The notes under the pieces were generated by a model. The model made no database searches, was not told the origin of the DNA, and worked only from the letters and a program-made list of their open reading frames with translations. The position numbers were made by a program, and so were the translations under genes. Positions 59,890 to 64,000 of a stretch of 64,000 nucleotides of DNA are shown here, piece after piece (within the stretch, counting starts at the first letter, position 1; the number at the start of each line of letters is the position of its first letter). Origin of the DNA: the human T2T-CHM13v2.0 reference genome, Homo sapiens; NCBI RefSeq assembly GCF_009914755.1, contig NC_060931.1; one strand, 5' to 3'.

Positions 59890-60076
59890 TTGTTCACATT
59901 GTTCTTTTATATATATTTATATATATATATAAAAATTGGGTCTTAGATTTTGATTTACTAGTGTGACAAAATAACTACATCCTAATGAAAATCAAGTTTG
60001 ATATGTTTGTTTTGAAAGTAGCGTTGGAAGAGTTGTTGGGGGTTTTTTGCATCCATAGCACTGGTTACTTTGAACA

Positions 60077-60259
60077 AATAAATAAAAGCTTTCTGTAGTT
60101 GCTTCCTTTATCAGAAAAGAACATTTGATACCATGGTATATCATTTCCTCTTCATTAAAGAACAGCTTTTCTAAATGTTGGGGGAAATGTCCATAGTCAT
60201 TACTCAGTCAAAACTTGTGTTCTCATGAGCCTAAGGACCATTCTAGATTTATTACGTGT

Positions 60260-60296
<37 letters not shown>

Positions 60297-61232
60297 CCAT
60301 AAAATGCATATGTAAATTTTTTTTTGTTTTTAAGCATTCACCCAAACAAAAAAATCACAGGTAAACCCATGTTTCTGAGATGCCATTATTCCAAGCAAAA
60401 TAAGAGATAATCCCTTCAAGTTAAATTGAAAATTTTCCTGAAACCATACATTTCAAGTGAAATAAGTAATTCTAGATAGGACAATTTAAATTGGATAATT
60501 TTAAAGTGTCTATAATTGCAGTGGTTTATTTGCAAAATTCCTAAAAGGAAAAATTTTATCACTGCCATCACAGCAGGTTTCCTCATCCAGATGAGGAAAC
60601 TAGACAAATGCTAGTGTGTTTTAACTAGCTAAACAAAACTAAGTTAAATGAACATTTAAAAGTTTCCCTAGCGGGCCATTCCTTAGCAAAATGTTGGAAT
60701 CCCTGTTGCTACATTGACTAAAAGGTCATGATGAATGGAATATGTAAGACTTGGCTCATAGAAACCTAATCAGATGGTTAGAGGTGTTGGCAGTTTAGGA
60801 CCTGCTGTCATAAATGTGTGAACAACCTTTTGTAACCTAACCTATTGACCTGCATGTTTTTTCTTTACCCCAATTCATTACATGGAGGCTCAATCTTGAG
60901 TTTGCTTTACTGGTTCAGCAAAAGCCAGGAAGAACAACTTTGTAGTAATCAAAATGTTATCCAACTGTATATTGTTTACTTTATTGTAAATACTGGTGAA
61001 CAGTGGTTAATAAATAGTTTTATATTCCTTTATGCAATTATTAGACTTTTTTCTTTATTTGATATGCCTTTACAGTAGAAATAGAAATGCCCACACTCAT
61101 TGGATTATCTTTGTTTATAAGTTAGATGATACCAGTAAGGCATTACAGTACATATCCTAGATCTTTTGAGCTTACGAGTTTTAAACTTGAATATGTATTT
61201 CCACAGGAATGTTTCCACAGTTGGGAAATAAA
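60077..61232 (+). terminator. CBX3: CBX3 alternative poly(A) signals (AATAAA at 60077/60081, 61009, 61227)
   Basis: Canonical hexamers in the AT-rich 3'UTR. Confidence 0.7.
60264..60293 (+). repeat. (TG)n microsatellite in CBX3 3'UTR
   Basis: ~15 TG units. Confidence 0.95.
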
Positions 61233-61559
61233 AGTTTCATGTGATGCCTAGGGTCAATTGTCTCATTAAAATGAGGTTTTAAATTCTGGTTTGTTGTAAC
61301 TGTCTTCTAAAGAATGTAAAGTATTCTGATAGGGCTCAGTGTGATGATAGACACATTTTAATTGATTTCCAAAATCCATACAGAAAAAGGTAAATAACTG
61401 ATGTTTATTAAGTACCTCCTTATATATATATATATATACCCACCACTGCTCTCAGCGGTGGGTTCACAGATGATAGAGAACCTTCTATTCATATTAGTAG
61501 TTGGTGGCCCTACATTCAATTTTACTAAGGGCATTTCTGAAAACAATATATTGTCCTTT

Positions 61560-63580
61560 GGCCATGCATGGTGGCACACACCTGTAATCCCAAAATTTGG
61601 GGAGGCCAACGCAGGAAGATTACTTGAATCCCAGAAGTTTGAGATCAGCCCGGGCAACAGTGAGACCCCCACCTCTACAAGAAATTTTAAAATTAGCTGG
61701 GTGTGGTGGCTTGCACCTGTAGTCCTTGCTACTTGGGAAGGTCCCTTAAGCCTAGGAGTTTAAGGTTACAGTGAGCTCTATGTCAATACCACTGTGCTCC
61801 AGCCTGGATGACAGACTGTTTCTCAAAAAATTTGAAAAATATTGTTTTTTTATATTCTCTAGTGTTTGTATTAGTTTCTTATTGGTGCTTTAACAAATTA
61901 CCACAAATTTAACCCATTTATGGCTGAAAATAGTTCTGTAGGTCAGAAGTCCAAAATTAAGCAAGCTGAAGTCAGGTTATCAGGGGAATTCCTTCTGGAG
62001 GCTTTGATGGCAGAATCTTTCCTTCTCTCTTCCATTTCAAAAGGCCACGTATATTCTTTGGTTCCTGGCCCTTTCCATCTTCAGAATCAGCAAGCAGTGG
62101 AGCATCTTGCATCATCTTTCTCGCCCTTCCTCTCTTCCTCTTTCCATCTCTCCTGTCTACCACGGTGTATTATGGAAGGATTGAGCCAAACCATTCATTC
62201 AAATTCTTGAATTCCTGGAGCTTAGATCTTTAGCTGAAGAGAAAACCCTTTTTCTATCATTTCTACCCTCTGATGTTTATGTAATAGGCTTCTTGTAACA
62301 ACTCAGATGCTACAGAAGTAAGGCCACCTCATCAATTTCCTTGCTTCAAACCCGAAGTTCAATTGATACCCATATCTCTGGATTTCAAGACCAGCCTGGC
62401 CAACATAACAAAACCCCCTCTCTACTAAAAATACAAAAATTAGCCAGGCATGGGGGTGTGTTCCTGTAATCTCAGCTGCTGTGGAGGCTGAGGCAGGAGA
62501 ATTGCTTGAACCCAGGGAGCGGGGGTTGCAGTGAGACAAGATTGCACCATTGCACTCCATCCTGGGCGACGAGTGAAACTCAAAAAAAATAGTTTTTAAC
62601 AAAAAATATATTTGCAATTTATATTTCACCCAGTTGTTATCTTGGGTCATCTTACTTAATAAATACACTAAAATATACTCTATTCTAGCATAGCTGCTAG
62701 CCACTCCAGAGAGGTTACCTGGGTTGGAATCTGCTATTTGATTCTGAACAAATTAATGTACTTCACCTCTCTGTGTCTGAGTTTCCTCATCTGTTATTCA
62801 TGGGCTCCTATAAGGGTGAAATGTATGCATGTGAGACAGAACAGTGTCTTGTGTTTGTTTAGTAATCAAGATATTTTATATCTTTTTAAATAGGGACATA
62901 GTAGGGTATCATATGGCAGCTCCCCAACTTAACCAATTGCTGGGTATGAGTACTCAGGTGGTTGGTAGTTTCCTACTATTAGACTAATGTAGTGAGGCCG
63001 GGCGAGGTGTCTCACGCCTGTAATCCCAGCTCTTTGGAAGGCCAAGGCGGGCAGATCAGGAGGTTAGGAGTTGGAGACCAGCCTGGCCAACATGGAGAAA
63101 CCGTGTCTCTACTAAAAATACAAAAATGAGCAGGGCATGGTGGCGTGCACCTGTAGTCCCAGCTACTCAGGAGGCTGAGGCAAGAGAATCACTTTGGAAC
63201 ACTGGAGGCAGAGGTTGCAGTGAGCTGAGATCATGTCACTGCACTCCAGCCTGGTGACAGAGTGACAGAGCGAGACTCTGTCTCGAAAAAAGGATTAATG
63301 TAGTGCACATTCTTACATATAGTGACACTTAGCAGATAGATGGATTCTCAGAAGTCATCAGAGAAGTCAAGATTGCAGTGATTTCTATCAATAACCATTA
63401 CCCCATTTCCTCACTAGGACTACAAATTAACAACATTGATCTTACTAATTTTTAATCTTTTTTAGGGATGGGGCCTCACTATGTTGCCCAGGCCAGTTTC
63501 AAACTCCGGGGCTCAAGTGATCCTTCCACCTCAGCCACCCAAAGTGCTGGGATTACAGGCATGATCCACTTGCCAGGCCG
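61560..63580. mobile_element. Downstream Alus: plus 61560-61830, plus partial 62383-62590, plus 62996-63291, minus monomer 63455-63580
   Basis: Alu consensus; TSD TAATGTAGTG around the 62996 copy. Confidence 0.88.
61865..62110. mobile_element. MLT1-type LTR fragment
   Basis: TAACAAATTACCACAAATTTA...AGTTCTGTAGGTCAGAAGTCC. Confidence 0.65.
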
Positions 63581-63689
63581 ATTTTACTAATTTTTAGTCA
63601 ATCTGATGGCATCTTGGTTTAATTTTGCATGTTTGATTTTGTTGAGCATTCTTTTCATATTTAACTTTGCATTTCCTCATATGTAGATT

Positions 63690-64000
63690 AGTCATGTTCT
63701 GCATAACAAGGCTTTGATCAATGATGGACAGCATATACGATAGTGGATCCCATAAGATTATAATATCAGTATTTTTACACTACCTTTTTTATGTTTAGAT
63801 CCATGAATGCTTACTGTTGTGTTACAGTTGCCTACAGTGTTCAATATAGTAACATGCTGTATGGGTTTGTAGCCTAGGAGCAATATCTGGCCTAGGTGTG
63901 GAGTAGGCTGTACCATCTAGATTTGCCTAAGTACATTGTGTGATGTTCACACAGTAATGAAATTGCCTAATGATGCATTTCTCAGAACATCCCTGTCATT
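63690..64000 (+). mobile_element. Tigger3/MER7-type DNA transposon fragment (runs off window)
   Basis: AGTCATG...CCCATAAGATTATAAT...TGTAGCCTAGGAGCAATA...TGATGTTCACACA. Confidence 0.75.

Overview
Human/primate genomic DNA. From its spliced proteins it is recognisable as the NFE2L3 - HNRNPA2B1 - CBX3 locus (7p15.2). NFE2L3 (NRF3; + strand) has 4 coding exons, 65..33461, giving 694 aa. It converges tail-to-tail with HNRNPA2B1 (- strand), which has 11 coding exons, 48255..40194, giving 341 aa (A2) or 353 aa (B1), plus a non-coding exon 12 and long 3'UTR. HNRNPA2B1 shares a bidirectional CpG-island promoter (the A2UCOE) with CBX3 (HP1-gamma; + strand), which has 5 coding exons, 50677..59889, giving 183 aa. 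All three reading frames reassemble intact through GT-AG junctions. The introns hold more than 30 Alus, a 5'-truncated L1PA, an old L1PB, a full-length SVA, MaLR/ERVL LTRs and DNA-transposon MITEs. I see no prokaryote-type system, RNA gene or credible new protein-coding gene; most ORF-track entries are repeat or CpG-island artefacts. The best leads are regulatory and are inferences needing tests: (1) alternating inverted Alus tightly bracketing CBX3 exons 3 and 4; (2) decoy or unproductive splice sites through HNRNPA2B1 (B1 exon, intron 1, 3'UTR, beyond the poly(A) site); (3) an SVA with identical 113-bp higher-order repeats just upstream of NFE2L3 exon 2; (4) a kB/TCF/RUNX motif cluster and ARE motifs in NFE2L3 introns; (5) serial reuse of one L1-endonuclease site. 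Repeat boundaries and subfamily names were judged by eye and are approximate.
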